From Podarcis cretensis (taxonomy: Eukaryota), in the NCBI GenBank assembly GCA_951804945.1, contig OX638152.1, positions 86,366,001 through 86,430,000 on the forward strand: a stretch of 64,000 nt of DNA, in the 5' to 3' direction. The notes beneath the pieces are model-generated. The model was not told the origin of the DNA. It worked only from the letters and a program-made list of their open reading frames with translations, and ran no database searches. The translations under genes were made by a program, and so were the position numbers. Shown piece by piece: positions 51,841 to 63,828 of the stretch (position 1 is the stretch's first letter; every line of letters starts with the position of its first letter).

Positions 51841-53764
51841 TACTTCCTGCAATTGCCATTCCGAGCTTCTTTGCCTCCAAAGTAAAAATAAGCAAAGCTG
51901 TCATGTAGACAATTACGTAATACCCCATGTAAAATAAAAGGGGTTCAGCTGGTCTTCTATAGGAGTCCAAGGCTGGGTAAAGACAGAAGATTTCCTTCAA
52001 GCGGAAGGAAACTATAGCAAATGCTCTTTCTAGCAGATTACTATCTCACCTGCAATATTGGTATCTGAATTCTTTGGGTAGTTCATAGAGTAGTTGCCTC
52101 AAATATTCCTGATGCAGGCCATTTATGGCTTTAAAGGGTCAAGATCAGCACCTTGAATCTGGCATTGAAATGAACAAGAATCCAACACAGCTCTCACAAA
52201 ACTGGTGTAATACGCTCCATGCCTAGGGCCCAGACAGCAACAGAACAAAACATTCTGGACTAGCTGAGGTTTCCTTCTCATCTTCAAGTGCAGCCACACA
52301 GAGAGTGCTTTATTTAGGGTAGTCAAGTTGAGAAGTTGCTACGGCATACAAAATGAGGACCAGTTTCTCTGCCCAGTTTCTGCACAAACTTCATTTCTGC
52401 CAAGCTAGCTCTGTCATCTGTGTTAGTGCCAGAGCATTCATCCAATGCTACAGATCAAATCAAGCGAAGGGGGTGCTCTGGTTGAGGTTTTCCCTGCAGC
52501 TCAGGATGCTTAAGGGGTGTTTGGTGTAGTTACACAGCCTTCAGAAGTCTCCTAATTTCTCTCTCCTCATTTGAGGTTTCAACCTCAAGGCAAACAATGG
52601 TTGGATACTAATAAGTTTCCATCAGAGCAAGTTTACATTATAAAGATCCATTATGCAAGGGCTGCTCTCCCCAGAGGCGTTCATTTTGTCCAACTAAACA
52701 AAGAAAGGATTCTTCAGGAGTTGATGTACTGGAATAGTTATCCAGCTCAGTATGATGTTAAACACATAGGAGAAACACAGGGATAGAAAGAGCAACAAAG
52801 GTCTGTAGCTTAGCAGCTAGAATTTTTTTATATTGCCCAGAGGAAATATACTAAAAGTGCTTCGGAGGACATGCAGAATTCCCTTCCCTTTCCACTGAGC
52901 AAGATCAGTTCACCACCCACAGAATTACAGAGAACTGCTTAATAGCCAATGGATTGGTTTTCCATAGGCCTAAATCCCTGTCCTCCTCTTTTTAGAAATT
53001 ACACTCCCCCACCCCCAATTCCCTTGAAAATATACTGCAAACAACTACAAACACAGCCTTTCTGCCCAAAGATTTCAGTCCTGGTTTATACCCTCCAACT
53101 CCTATCCAGCTGCTTTTCACAAAAAACAAACGCACCCCCCTCAAGAACAAAGCAAAGAAGAAGAAAAAAGTCTGCACAAAAAACTTTGTTCTACATGAAC
53201 TGGTTTTTGCTTTGGGGTTTTTTTTGTAACTGGATCTCAAGCAACTGGAGCAAGTTTGGTGTTTTCTGAAAGTAAGTGGTGGGGAGAGATTTCATCCAGT
53301 GATGGAAGCCAGCTGGAAGCAGTCTCTGCAACAGACAAGTCCCAAGGAAACGGAGGGGGTGGGGGAGGTTGGACAAGGCAAAACGACTTTCCTGAAGTGG
53401 AGAAGTTAGGAGATTGCAGCAGAGAGTAGCAAACAAACACTTGCAGAGAAATGGGAAGTAGAAAAGGAGTTTAAATTTGATGCTAGCAACTCCTACTCAG
53501 TCAATCAATTGGGAGTACAGCAAGGGAGTGGCAGAATTAGAGACACGGCAGTCTTGCAGCACAGTTTAGCGGAGCTTAATGGGGAAAACTGCTAGCAGTT
53601 ACAAAATACAGAAGGGCAAAATACTGACTTCTCTTTTCTCAGTACTCCATCCCAGCTCTGGCTGCCAGAATTACATTCCTGGTCACCATGGCAACTGTGG
53701 CAACCATATTTGTGGGGTCCTGGATTCAAGCCGAAAAGAAATTTGAGGAAGAAAGACATGCTGT

Positions 53765-53853
53765 CAGTGTTAGAAACTGGGATAGAAAAGCTAGGAGCCA
53801 AATGGCTCCTGCGACCTGGGTTGTGGGCACCAAAACAGAATGTCTAGTTGCCA
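53765..53853. mobile_element. Terminal fragment of the same hAT family, inverted relative to 46151-46239
   Basis: 82/89 identity to the reverse complement of 46151-46239 (hand count). Confidence 0.85.
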
Positions 53854-54407
53854 TTGGTGTGTGTGTGTGTGTCCCGAACCCATATCTATAGGTGCCCACA
53901 AAACTTTACCATGGGCACAGCTTGTGAACAGACTTTACAGTTGAGATGCATACAGCGTTCTCTCCAATTTCACCTCAGAAGCCCAAGTGTGAGTCTGTCA
54001 TGCCTAAACCTTTGCTGCTTCATTCTTTAGAGATCGGGATGAGGCAAAAGGGCAAGGGGCTTTACAAGTTAAAACAAAAACAAAAAACCAGCTCCTTGTA
54101 TTGTGCCTGAAACACGCAATTCACCAGAGAACCACAGCTCTGCTAGAAAATACTCGCAGTGGAGCTCACCTTGCCAAGAGGCAGGTCAACATGTTCCCAG
54201 CAGCTGAAGCTTCCAGGCAATAACAAGAAGCCCTTCGACGAATGCATTACAGTACTTGAGCCTCAAGGTTACAAATGAGAATAATGAGACACAAATATCA
54301 AAAGCAACAGGAAAGATAAGGAGCCCTTGCTAGTCACTTCCAAAAAGTAATATAATTAGCTTCAATACCCAGAGAGATTTTGCTTGCTTATTTATTGCAA
54401 ATATGTA

Positions 54408-54650
54408 CAGTGGTACCTCGGGTTAAGTACTTAATTCGTTCCGGAGGTCCGTACTTAAGCTGAAACTGTTCTTAACCTGAAGCACCACTTTAGCTAATGG
54501 GGCCTCCTTGCTGCTGCTGCGCCGCCGCTGCACGATTTCTGTTCTCATCCTGAAGCAAAGTTCTTAACCTGAAGCACTATTTCTGGGTTAGCGGAGTCTG
54601 TAACCTGAAGCGTATGTAACCTGAAGTATATGTAACCCGAGGTACCACTG
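54408..54650 (-). mobile_element. Tc1/mariner MITE family A
   Basis: Full TIRs, TA TSD. Confidence 0.9.
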
Positions 54651-55099
54651 TATGTCCCACCTTTCTAGTATATATGTAATACTCAAACTACCCAAGTACA
54701 TGGCATATTACATCCCCATTATGATGAGAGAAAGGAGCACATATGAATGTAGGGCGGCCAATTCTGTCAATTCAGTTGACCTCAGTCAGTGTTGGCTGTG
54801 AAAGTCTTCTGCAGCAAAGTGAACAATCTGCTTCTTTTTGCTAGCGGCACACCAGTGTTAGAACTGAGATATATAAGTTAAGTGCCAAATGGCATCTTAA
54901 ATCTAAGTTACAGTCGCCACAACGGAATGCCTGTTCGCCAGGGGGTAGGGACTAGGTGAATCTTGGTGTCTCTTCCAACATTACAATTCTATGATCTCAA
55001 CGGCATTGCTTGACTGTAGCTTGCTCTTGCAATAATTCACTTGTCCCAGTATGCAAAAAGGAGAAACACACACAGTGGAAATGCTACTATGGACTAAGG

Positions 55100-55213
55100 C
55101 AGAGGTTTTGAAAAGGTGGTCGCCAACCTGGTGCCTAGAAATCTCCACGTAGTCGCAACTGGACCCACACCAGTAGCAAAACGTGCCTGGCGCCCGGCTA
55201 ATTTCTAACACTG
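55100..55213. mobile_element. Short derivative of the CAGTGTTAGAAA hAT family
   Basis: CCTGGCGCCCGGCTAATTTCTAACACTG is the reverse complement of the left end of the 45779 element; related ends at ~54853 and ~60798. Confidence 0.65.
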
Positions 55214-55958
55214 CCACACAGCTATGCATTCTATATTGACCCAAACTGGAAATGCGACTACTGGTTCACCGTACAACATGGATGAAGAAACATGTAGCTG
55301 CCAATATATTCTGAGCTTCATGGAATTTTTAGAAGATTGGGGCAAGGGTCACATAGTAGACTGGTGCTGCCAAGGCAACCTGCAAGTCCTTTGGAATGAA
55401 ATACAAAAGCAAAACATGACTCCGGCTCCTTCCCTAAACCTCAGGCCTTAGTCACACTATCCTCTGCTAACTGGGAACTTAATGGGAGGGGGGAGTTTCT
55501 CTCCTAAAAAAACATTTGCCCTCCCCTCCCTTCATGTCAGGAATTCTGTGATCGAAATTAGCCAGGTGCCAGTTTTGTGAGTGGCATGGATGCAATTGTG
55601 ACCACATGGAGATCTCTGGAGGCCAGGTAGGCGACGAACACCTCCATCTGGCTGGCCCCTCCAGTTTTCTTAGGCAGCTAAGGAGAAGAGCTTATCTACT
55701 GCACTTGTATCCCACCTTTTTCTCCAAAAAATACATGGTTCACCCCCTTCCTACAACAACCCTGAGAGCTAGGTTAAGAGGCCATGACTGGCCCAAGATC
55801 ACCCGGTGAGTTTCAAGACTGAGTGGGGAATTGCACTCTGATCTCCCAGGTCTGACACTCTTTAACATTACACCACATTGGTTTCCTAGAATACTTCTAA
55901 TTGGGGCAGCTATATAAGTAGTCAAAAAAGAATATGGGGAAAGCAAAGGGTAACTTAG

Positions 55959-56218
55959 AGAAGGAAGAGGAGGAGGAGGAGTTTGGATTTGATATCCCGC
56001 CTTTCACTCCCCTTCAGGAGTCTCAAAGCGGCTAACATTCTCCTTTCCCTTCCTCCCCCACAACAAACACTCTGTGAGGTGAGTGGGGCTGAGAGACCTC
56101 AAAGAAGTGTGACTAGCCCAAGGTCACCACCCAGCAGCTGCGTGTGGAGGAGCGGAGACGCGAACCCGGTTCTCCAGATTACAAGACTACCGCTCTTAAC
56201 CACTACACCACACTGGCT
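55959..56218 (-). mobile_element. tRNA-derived CORE-SINE (same family as 6643-6893)
   Basis: Reverse complement GAGCCAGTGTGTGGTGTAGTGGTTAAGAGCGG...GATATCAAATCCAAAC(TCC)n. Confidence 0.82.
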
Positions 56219-57586
56219 CTCAAGGATCTGAAATATTCTCCTTGAAGCTTGAATTTGTTTTATTCTGGATTTTTTTGTTTAATGCAAGGCGCTTTTGCAA
56301 TCTTTTCTTTAAAATATAAAGAAGTATAGAAATGAAATGAACAACAACAACAATAAACATGATGGGGGGGGGAATGGTGCCTTGACATTCTGTTGCACCA
56401 ACCATAACCTGGGGTTGGAGTGCCATTAGCTTATATACGTGAATTTCTAACACAGGGTGGTGACAGGCATTTCAGTACTCTACAGTGCTGAAGGCAAAGC
56501 ATGCAAAACCTTATGAGTGGCAAAGAGCCAAGCAATGTTAAGAGAAGGGATTGATTATCTGCGCAAAAGACAGCGAGAGGAGAGATAAAGAACCAAAATT
56601 TATCAGCTGAGCCAGTGTCATCACTCATCATGTAGGAGCAAATATGAAAGGCTTGACAGATTTGCCTTTATGAAAAGGAAAAATAGATGCTTTAGAAGAG
56701 GCTGCATAAAGAATCCCCGCTGAGTTTTGATTGGCAGTATGATTTTAACTTCCACATTTGCTTGTTTGGATGTTTCAAGAACACAGCCCTACTTTCCTAC
56801 TGTGCTCAGCATAGAACATTTTTCATCATCTAATTAGAAAAAGGGCATTCATCCAAAGCTAGACTCTGGTTAATGCCGAAATGAATCCACAAAAATAAAA
56901 ATAAAAGCTATTTTAAAACGTATTGGCACCTAGGATCAATATTTAGCAGCTCAAAAGAGGAAGTATTTTTAGTTTCCCATCTCTCCAGAAACACCGCGTT
57001 CACTGCCTGCTTCAAATCCCAATGATTTCTGGCACTTACTCAAAGTACGTCTATGCTTGTATTTAGTGTCAGTCTGAAAAGCACATTTAAGGAGCGTTTT
57101 ACTAAGTTATCAATCTTCCGCTTTCCTTTGTATTCAGTTACAAAGTAGGGACATTTAAAAAGTAACAAGGAACAGAAATACGCATTGTGTTCACCACAAC
57201 GTAAATGTAAAGACTGGGGGCAGGCGGGCATGTTCTTCCTAGTAACATGAAAAAGCAGCAAATGACTTAAGAGTAAAGGCACAGATAGGTTTCAGCTCCA
57301 TCACATCATAGACAACTTAGAAATTCTACATACCATTCTGCTTTACAGTGTAAAATCCAATTTACAACAACACTGAATCTCTACAAGTTCAATGGATCTA
57401 CAAGAAAATGTATTTAGGATTTCATCTGAATCTTACAGTTCCACTTTCAATCAGCTGAGCAACCAATATTACCCATGTGCTATCATTGCGAAGATTTTAC
57501 TGATTCACCATTGGTTTGTGAAAACCAAGGTGTGTGCCTTCTGTAAAATTTTAGGCAAGCTTCCCCCCCCCCAAGTCAGCATTTAC

Positions 57587-57722
57587 CAGTGTTGACCAAA
57601 GTTGGGTCTCCAGCTGTTTTTGGACTACAACTCCCATCATCTCTTCCTTGTAGGACCAGGGGTCAGGGATGATGGGAGTTGTAGTCCAAAAACAGCTGGA
57701 GACCCAACTTTGGCCAACACTG
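57587..57722. mobile_element. Palindromic hAT MITE (136 bp)
   Basis: 55-bp arms with one mismatch; ATTTAC on both flanks. Confidence 0.88.
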
Positions 57723-57804
57723 ATTTACAAGAATGTCTTTTAACGCTGGCACTTTCTTATATAAATATATAAATAAAACTGCTGTACCAGCTGGAAGATT
57801 TTGT

Positions 57805-57826
57805 ACACACACACACACACACACAC
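57805..57826. repeat. (AC)n microsatellite
   Basis: Direct reading. Confidence 0.9.
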
Positions 57827-60126
57827 TTTCATGTGAAAGCCAAGCAAGATGTGCATAACGAGTAATCAGCTTTCTTTCCAGGCATCACTGTGGAAGAATC
57901 CAGACATGTGTGCCCAGTCCCCAAGGAGAATGTAGACACCAGTGCAATGAGAGAGAGAAAAAGAAGAAAATGTCATTCACATAGGGCTCTTTGAGATCAG
58001 GATACTGAACTTGATGGGCCATTGGCGTGGTTCATCAGGCTTTTATCGTTTGCATGGAATAGAGCCCATTTCATCAGATACAATATGGAAAGTCATCAGA
58101 TGTATAGATAAAAATGCTCAATACAGGGTTCCCCCTCAAAAAAAAAAAAACCCTACTATTTTAACATATGGCCAAAAGACAAAACAAACAAACAACAACA
58201 TGTGTATTCTAGTACTATACAAGAGCAGAAATGAATTCAATATTCAGGGAAGATACTTTCATTTCTTGCCAGATGGCACAGGTTGCACCAAATTCACAAC
58301 GGCATAGGCCCAAGGTGCTTTGTTTTAACTTGGCATTGCCGCAGATCTAAGTTTACAGTTGTTTCAGGGAACAGAAATGGAAACCAGGATCTTAAGTACC
58401 AAAATTAGCTGCTAGCTCATTGAGATGGAAAATAAACAGCTTTCAGTTATTCTGACTACATTACAATACTGCAATAGTAGTATGCATGCTAAGTGGGATA
58501 TTTTTTGGTGAGTTTTGTAGTGCTGGTTCAAGAAGGCTGTAAAGCTGGGAATGCGAATCACTGCTGTTGGAACAGTGGTGCCAAATCGCAGCACATTTCA
58601 AAGGGTTAATTTGATATATTAGATGTTCAGGTCAGCCACAAGACGTGTAACTCAAACAGTAGTCCATTTTCATTGCTAATGGTGTGAAAGAATTCTTGAA
58701 GTGGCGAGCAAGAGATACTACTAATGGACCATTTTAATGCAGCATTTAAGAGGAATAAAGCTAATCCAAAATGGAAATGTGCTATCCTTTACGTTGAATT
58801 TGTAGGAAACCTACACATACAGCTTCAGTGAGAAATAGCTCCTAAGATAACAGAGGGGTTGTTGTTTTGTTTACATATGAAGCACTGTAAAAAAACACAC
58901 ACAAGGGTGGTTGTTTTTTTACATGCTCTACTACTGTGCTACTTTGTACACATAAATGCTGCAACATATACAAGGGTAGACAATCAATTTAGTCCAGGAG
59001 TGAACTGGTTTTAGTTCAACTTTACAAACAAGCAAAACGAGCTGCTTCTCCCACTGCTAAGCACTCACACTGGCTTTGGCAGGGCACTTCACATTTCTGA
59101 AAACAATTTCAAGTTTAGAAAGCATAATTCTAAGGAAGCAAAAATTGGGTACTCCAGCATAGACTAGGGTCTTTCACAGGATTCTACGGCACACAAAGAC
59201 CTCATAAACTATGGATATTGAGTCTCATCCCCTAAAAGGGTTTAGAAATAGCGTTCAAAAGTAACACGGAGATCCCTACTGCATCTCATTCGCTCCATTT
59301 GGACCTCATGCTAAACTGTGGTATAGCAAGGCATGAACAAACCTAGCCTTCTCTTAGACTTATGCTCTTCCTTTCTCATACAGCCAAGAGGAGAAGCTTA
59401 GAAGCTTTCATTTCTGCTTTTAGATAACTGTGGCTTCAGATATTATTGAACCTATGGAACTATTGTTAACATTACTTGTGGTTAGTTTAAATAAGCCAGC
59501 TTCAGAAACCATGGTTGGCTTGTTTTAATCAGGGTTAACTAAAAGCAAATATGAAAGCTTCCAAACTCTTCCCCTTTGCTGGATAGGTTGAGGACAACGA
59601 AGCACTTCAAACAATGAGATACGCCCCCGGTCCTTAATTTAAATGTTCCATGTAGTCTGATATTCCATCCCACATACTGTGTAAAACAATTTGTTTTCAA
59701 ATGTCTAATCTGGCAGAGGCATCTAGCCTTCCCTTTGGATTCCTCGTAAATAGAACACATTTTACCAGCAATATTTGACCTCAAAATATGCCAGCATCCT
59801 TTGGATAAACACAGCTGTCACACAACAGACTAAATAGACAATTGTTTTTTCTCAGTACTCTAGTATCAAAGCAGTTCTCCACCTTCTGATCTATACCCAC
59901 CTCCCACCCATGCACAAAAAAACAAAATTAGACAGCGCAGTTCTCTGAACATAAGAGACAAAGCCAAAAGAAAAATCAAGATTTATAAACTCACAGGCCA
60001 AGAATGTAAGGCTGTATACAGATAATAGTTTTCAGAAAAGTGAATGCTGTTTGATAAAGAGCTTGCTATAGATCCCTGTTCAACCAAGTTTCCAAAATAT
60101 AAAACCTACAAAGCATATTTACTAGG

Positions 60127-60545
60127 TGTCATGGACTGGTTGGACGAAGAGGAATGGTGGGAGGAACCAGCTGGGGAACTCCCAAGGGAAGTGGTCAGAG
60201 GAAGAGGAGGGAGAAGACTTGGAGGAGGTGTCGGAAGCTGAAGAGGTAACAGGGCTTGGTGAGCAGGGAGAGTTCGTGGCAGAGGAAGGTCCAGAATCAG
60301 GAGGAGGAGATGAGAAGGACCGAGAGGCAGAGATGAGTCAGGCTGGTGAAGAGGCATGCATGTCTCCCCCTCCTGCTGCAACAAGTTCCCCTCCCCCTTG
60401 GTCTCCAGAACCAGAAGAGGAATAAAGCAAGAGGAGCAAAGGCAGACATGAAGACGCAGTCTCAGGCTGCTTGGGAAAGATGCAGGAGAGGAGGATACTT
60501 AAGGCGGGGACCTTCATTCTCCACAGCTGCCTCATGGGGCAAGAC
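60127..60545 (+). mobile_element. Probable truncated Gypsy-type LTR
   Basis: Begins TGTCATGGACTGG with an abrupt purine/GC-rich shift; no 3' terminus or TSD found. Confidence 0.5.
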
Positions 60546-60869
60546 TATCCTATAGAATCAGTTTAAGAAAAGCATTTTCAAGTTTAGGACGGGAGTTTGT
60601 ATACGATGGCAGAAGCTTCTGACTGCTGCACATTAACAGTGCATTTATTGTGCAAGTGAGATATAGACAGAGATAGAAATAAGAGATATGGAGAAATATA
60701 GATATGGATGCTCAACATGGTTCTTACTTTTATAGATAGCTTCAGGGTACAGTAGCTATGACTGAAGTCATTAAAAGACAGGAGGCAGGATCTGGGTCAG
60801 TGTTAGAAACACGTAGGAAAGACAGGAGCTAAGTGGCATCTTAAACCTAGGTTATGGGCACTGCTGCGA

Positions 60870-61040
60870 AGAGAGGGAAAGCTGTGCAGCGCCCCTTCAG
60901 CAAAGCGGGAGGAGAAACGGAGCCCCTTCCATTTCTCCTCCCGCTTTGCTGGAGAGGCGCTGCACAGAGAGCAAGAGAATATTTTTTTCCTTGTTCTCCT
61001 CCTCTAAAACTAGGTGCGTCTTATGGGGCGAAAAATACGG
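60870..61040. mobile_element. Partial pogo/Tigger-like MITE (one end)
   Basis: CTAAAACTAGGTGCGTCTTATGGGGCGAAAAATACGG|TA. Confidence 0.65.
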
Positions 61041-63318
61041 TATATTCATCCTGTCAAGAACAAGAGAAAAAGTGAAGTAAAAAAAGAATAGTCGTGGAGT
61101 CAATTAAGTAAGAAACTAAAGAGAGGGTGATGAAGGAGGAAGGAGTTTGAAGAACTGAAAAACTTGGAGTGAATCCAGACTAAGTTAGTTGAACTAACTG
61201 TCCATCAAAATCAATGGGATTTCAGTGAAGTTTTGACTAACTTGATCCACTAACTACAATGGGTCCTACATTCAACAGTTAGGCTGTATCCAATCCTTTA
61301 TTTCTATGCACCTCTGACTTCTACAATTCTTCCCTTCAACCCTAGGTGGTACCCACTTTGGAAAACACGTTTTTTAAAAGCTAAGCCTCATCCCCCTTTA
61401 TAAAAATCTTTCCTCATTCAATAGCCAATGCCATGGTGGTATATATTTTTTAGAATCCAGTCTGCAGAGGAGGCAGGAACAATGAAGTCACCATTAACAT
61501 ATTCCAGTAAAAAACTGACAAGTGGAGGAAATCCAAACTTCATGCTCTGATGGCGCAAAAATGCTACTTTAAGAAAAAAGAAGCACACACAATATTCCTA
61601 TTCAGTTCTCAGATACCACAGTAATGCCGTGGGAAAGAAATGGTAGCACACAAAGCTGCCTATAACTTGTTGCAGTTTCATAGTCTGCCAAAACAGTATT
61701 TCAATTCAGGAGTATTTGTCAAAGGCCTGCTCACTAAGGAGCCTTGTTAAAACAGCTTGGAAATAGCATAAAATTGCAAGAATGTCAGGCACATTCTGCA
61801 CTTGGCTATTGTCCACTTGCGACCAAGTGAAGATGCCTGGGCTCCAGGAGAGTGCCTGACATCTTCACCATCTGGAGGTGCATGCTTGGGGATCATTGGA
61901 TCCTGATGCCTAGCTTATATATCTGAGTTTCTAACCCTGCTTGTGTATGTTGTGTATACACCTTATGTAAAAGCCCACCCCTTCCTCCCCGGTGGGGAGG
62001 GAGGCACCATTTTGTGGTTTGCCTCAGGTGCCAAAATGTCTTGGGCCATCCCCCAAGAATAGGTATTATTTCTTCAAACTCCCCTTCCATTTGCTGTCCT
62101 CCTGACCACCCCCAACAAGACAACAATCCCCAGGATTTGATTTTCGGAAGGCCAGGAGGCCGCAGAGGCGAGAAGGAGGTTGGAAAGCCCTGCTCCATTC
62201 ACAGAAGGAGAGTTGGGCTCCAAGCCAGCATGCCCTTTCCAGGTGAGGAAATACCAAGATAAAGTTTTTGACATCCCTTTTTGAACAGCTAGGCTTATCC
62301 AAAAAGGCGTCAAATGATCTCTTCAGCAACAAATACAACAACATCATAAAAGCGACAGATCTGTTTGCAAGCCGCTCATAAAACACAAAGGTGCAAACCT
62401 TAATGGCATCTGACATTTTATGAGAGTAAAAAGTGCTCCAGCATGTACTTTCTCTCCTCAGTATTCCACAGTTTAATTGACCTGCACTTTTAATCTCCGC
62501 TGGAAAAATAAAAATAATAATAATAAAGGAACTCATTTATAAAGGTAAATCATTGCTATAAAATTTATAGATTCCAGAGGGAAAATAGCCTCACTCTTCA
62601 AATTCCTATCAAAAGGAGAAGATTGAGGACAAAAGAACAAAGCAAACCAATAAAGTGATGGGGGGGAGGTAGAGAGACTTCCTAAAAGATTTAAGGGAAG
62701 AGATAAAGTGTAGCTCACAAACTGAAAGAGAGAAATCATTCAATTAAAAATGGATGGCCGTAGAAGTCGCTTTCAAGAGCCCCATAAACTGAACCCATCT
62801 GTGGATAAACTAACTCAAATACTACATATTGCATGACAGAGCACTTAGAATGATGTCAAGAATAGAAGGTTTCCTGCAAGCAATTATGAGGGAGTGGGAA
62901 GTGATACATGTTAACAGACGCCACAAGTATTTGGAGGATGTAAGTTCTCAGGATAAAAGATTAAACAAGGAAGTGGCATGGCTGAAAAGAGGAATGGTTT
63001 CATGACAGGGAGAACTCACATACAGAAGAGGTTCCTCAAAACAAAATGCCTTTTTTCATTTTAGAAGATTAAATGCTGGGGGTGGGGGAAGAGTTTATAA
63101 AGTGTAAATGTTGCCATTTATATACGAATGCTGGTAACTCAATGAATGGTCAAAAACTCAAACGATACATTTAGGTGACTTATCAACCAATATCCACTGG
63201 AATGGCAGCTAGAATTCAATTGTCTGTATTCCAAACCGCTGGTGCATATGTATTTTCAAACTTTAATAGAATTCATCATTCCATTCTGGCTTCTTAAAGC
63301 AAGGTTACAGTCATCATA

Positions 63319-63528
63319 CAGTGGTACCTCGGGTTAAGAACTTAATTCATTCTGGAGGTCTGTTCTTAACCTGAAACTGTTCTTAACCTGAAGTAACCTG
63401 AAGTATTAAATCCCGCTGCCGCTGCACGATTTCTGTTCTCATCCTGAAGCAAAGTTCTTAACCCGAGGTACTATTTCTGGGTTAGCGGAGTCTGTAACCT
63501 GAAGCGTATGTAACCCGAGGTACCACTG
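63319..63528 (-). mobile_element. Tc1/mariner MITE family A (internal rearrangement)
   Basis: Full TIRs, TA TSD; CACTTTAGCTAATGGGG segment replaced. Confidence 0.88.
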
Positions 63529-63602
63529 TATCCGAGTTTCCAACACTGGTTCTGAACTCACTCATCCAGTGGATCTTGGGTTTGGGTTGCACTGTAAGGC
63601 TA

Positions 63603-63828
63603 CAGTGGTACCTCGGGTTACATACGCTTCAGGTTACAGACTCCACTAACCCAGAAATAGTACCTCGGGTTAAGAACCATGCTTCGGGATGTGAACAGAA
63701 ATCGTGCTCTGGCGGCGCGGCAGCAGCAGGAGGCCCCATTAGCTAAAGTGGTGCTTCAGGTTAATAACAGTTTCAGGTTAAGAACGGACCTCCGAAACGA
63801 ATTAAGTACTTAACCCGAGGTACCACTG
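63603..63828 (+). mobile_element. Tc1/mariner MITE family A
   Basis: Full TIRs, TA TSD; inverted relative to the copy 74 bp upstream. Confidence 0.9.

Noticed and set aside
54160-54260. Minus-strand donor-like site (AAG|GTGAGC) as an alternative 5'UTR exon
   Set aside because: Isolated consensus match expected by chance in 64 kb; no supporting acceptor or promoter without RNA data.
60126-60425. Acidic 99-aa ORF (+)
   Set aside because: Lies in a purine-rich LTR-like repeat; no splice context or homology recognised.
322-63828. Recurrent CAGTGGTACCTC / CTTCAGGTTA repeats as a CRISPR-like array
   Set aside because: Dispersed TIR elements with TA TSDs in a vertebrate intron; no repeat-spacer periodicity or cas genes.
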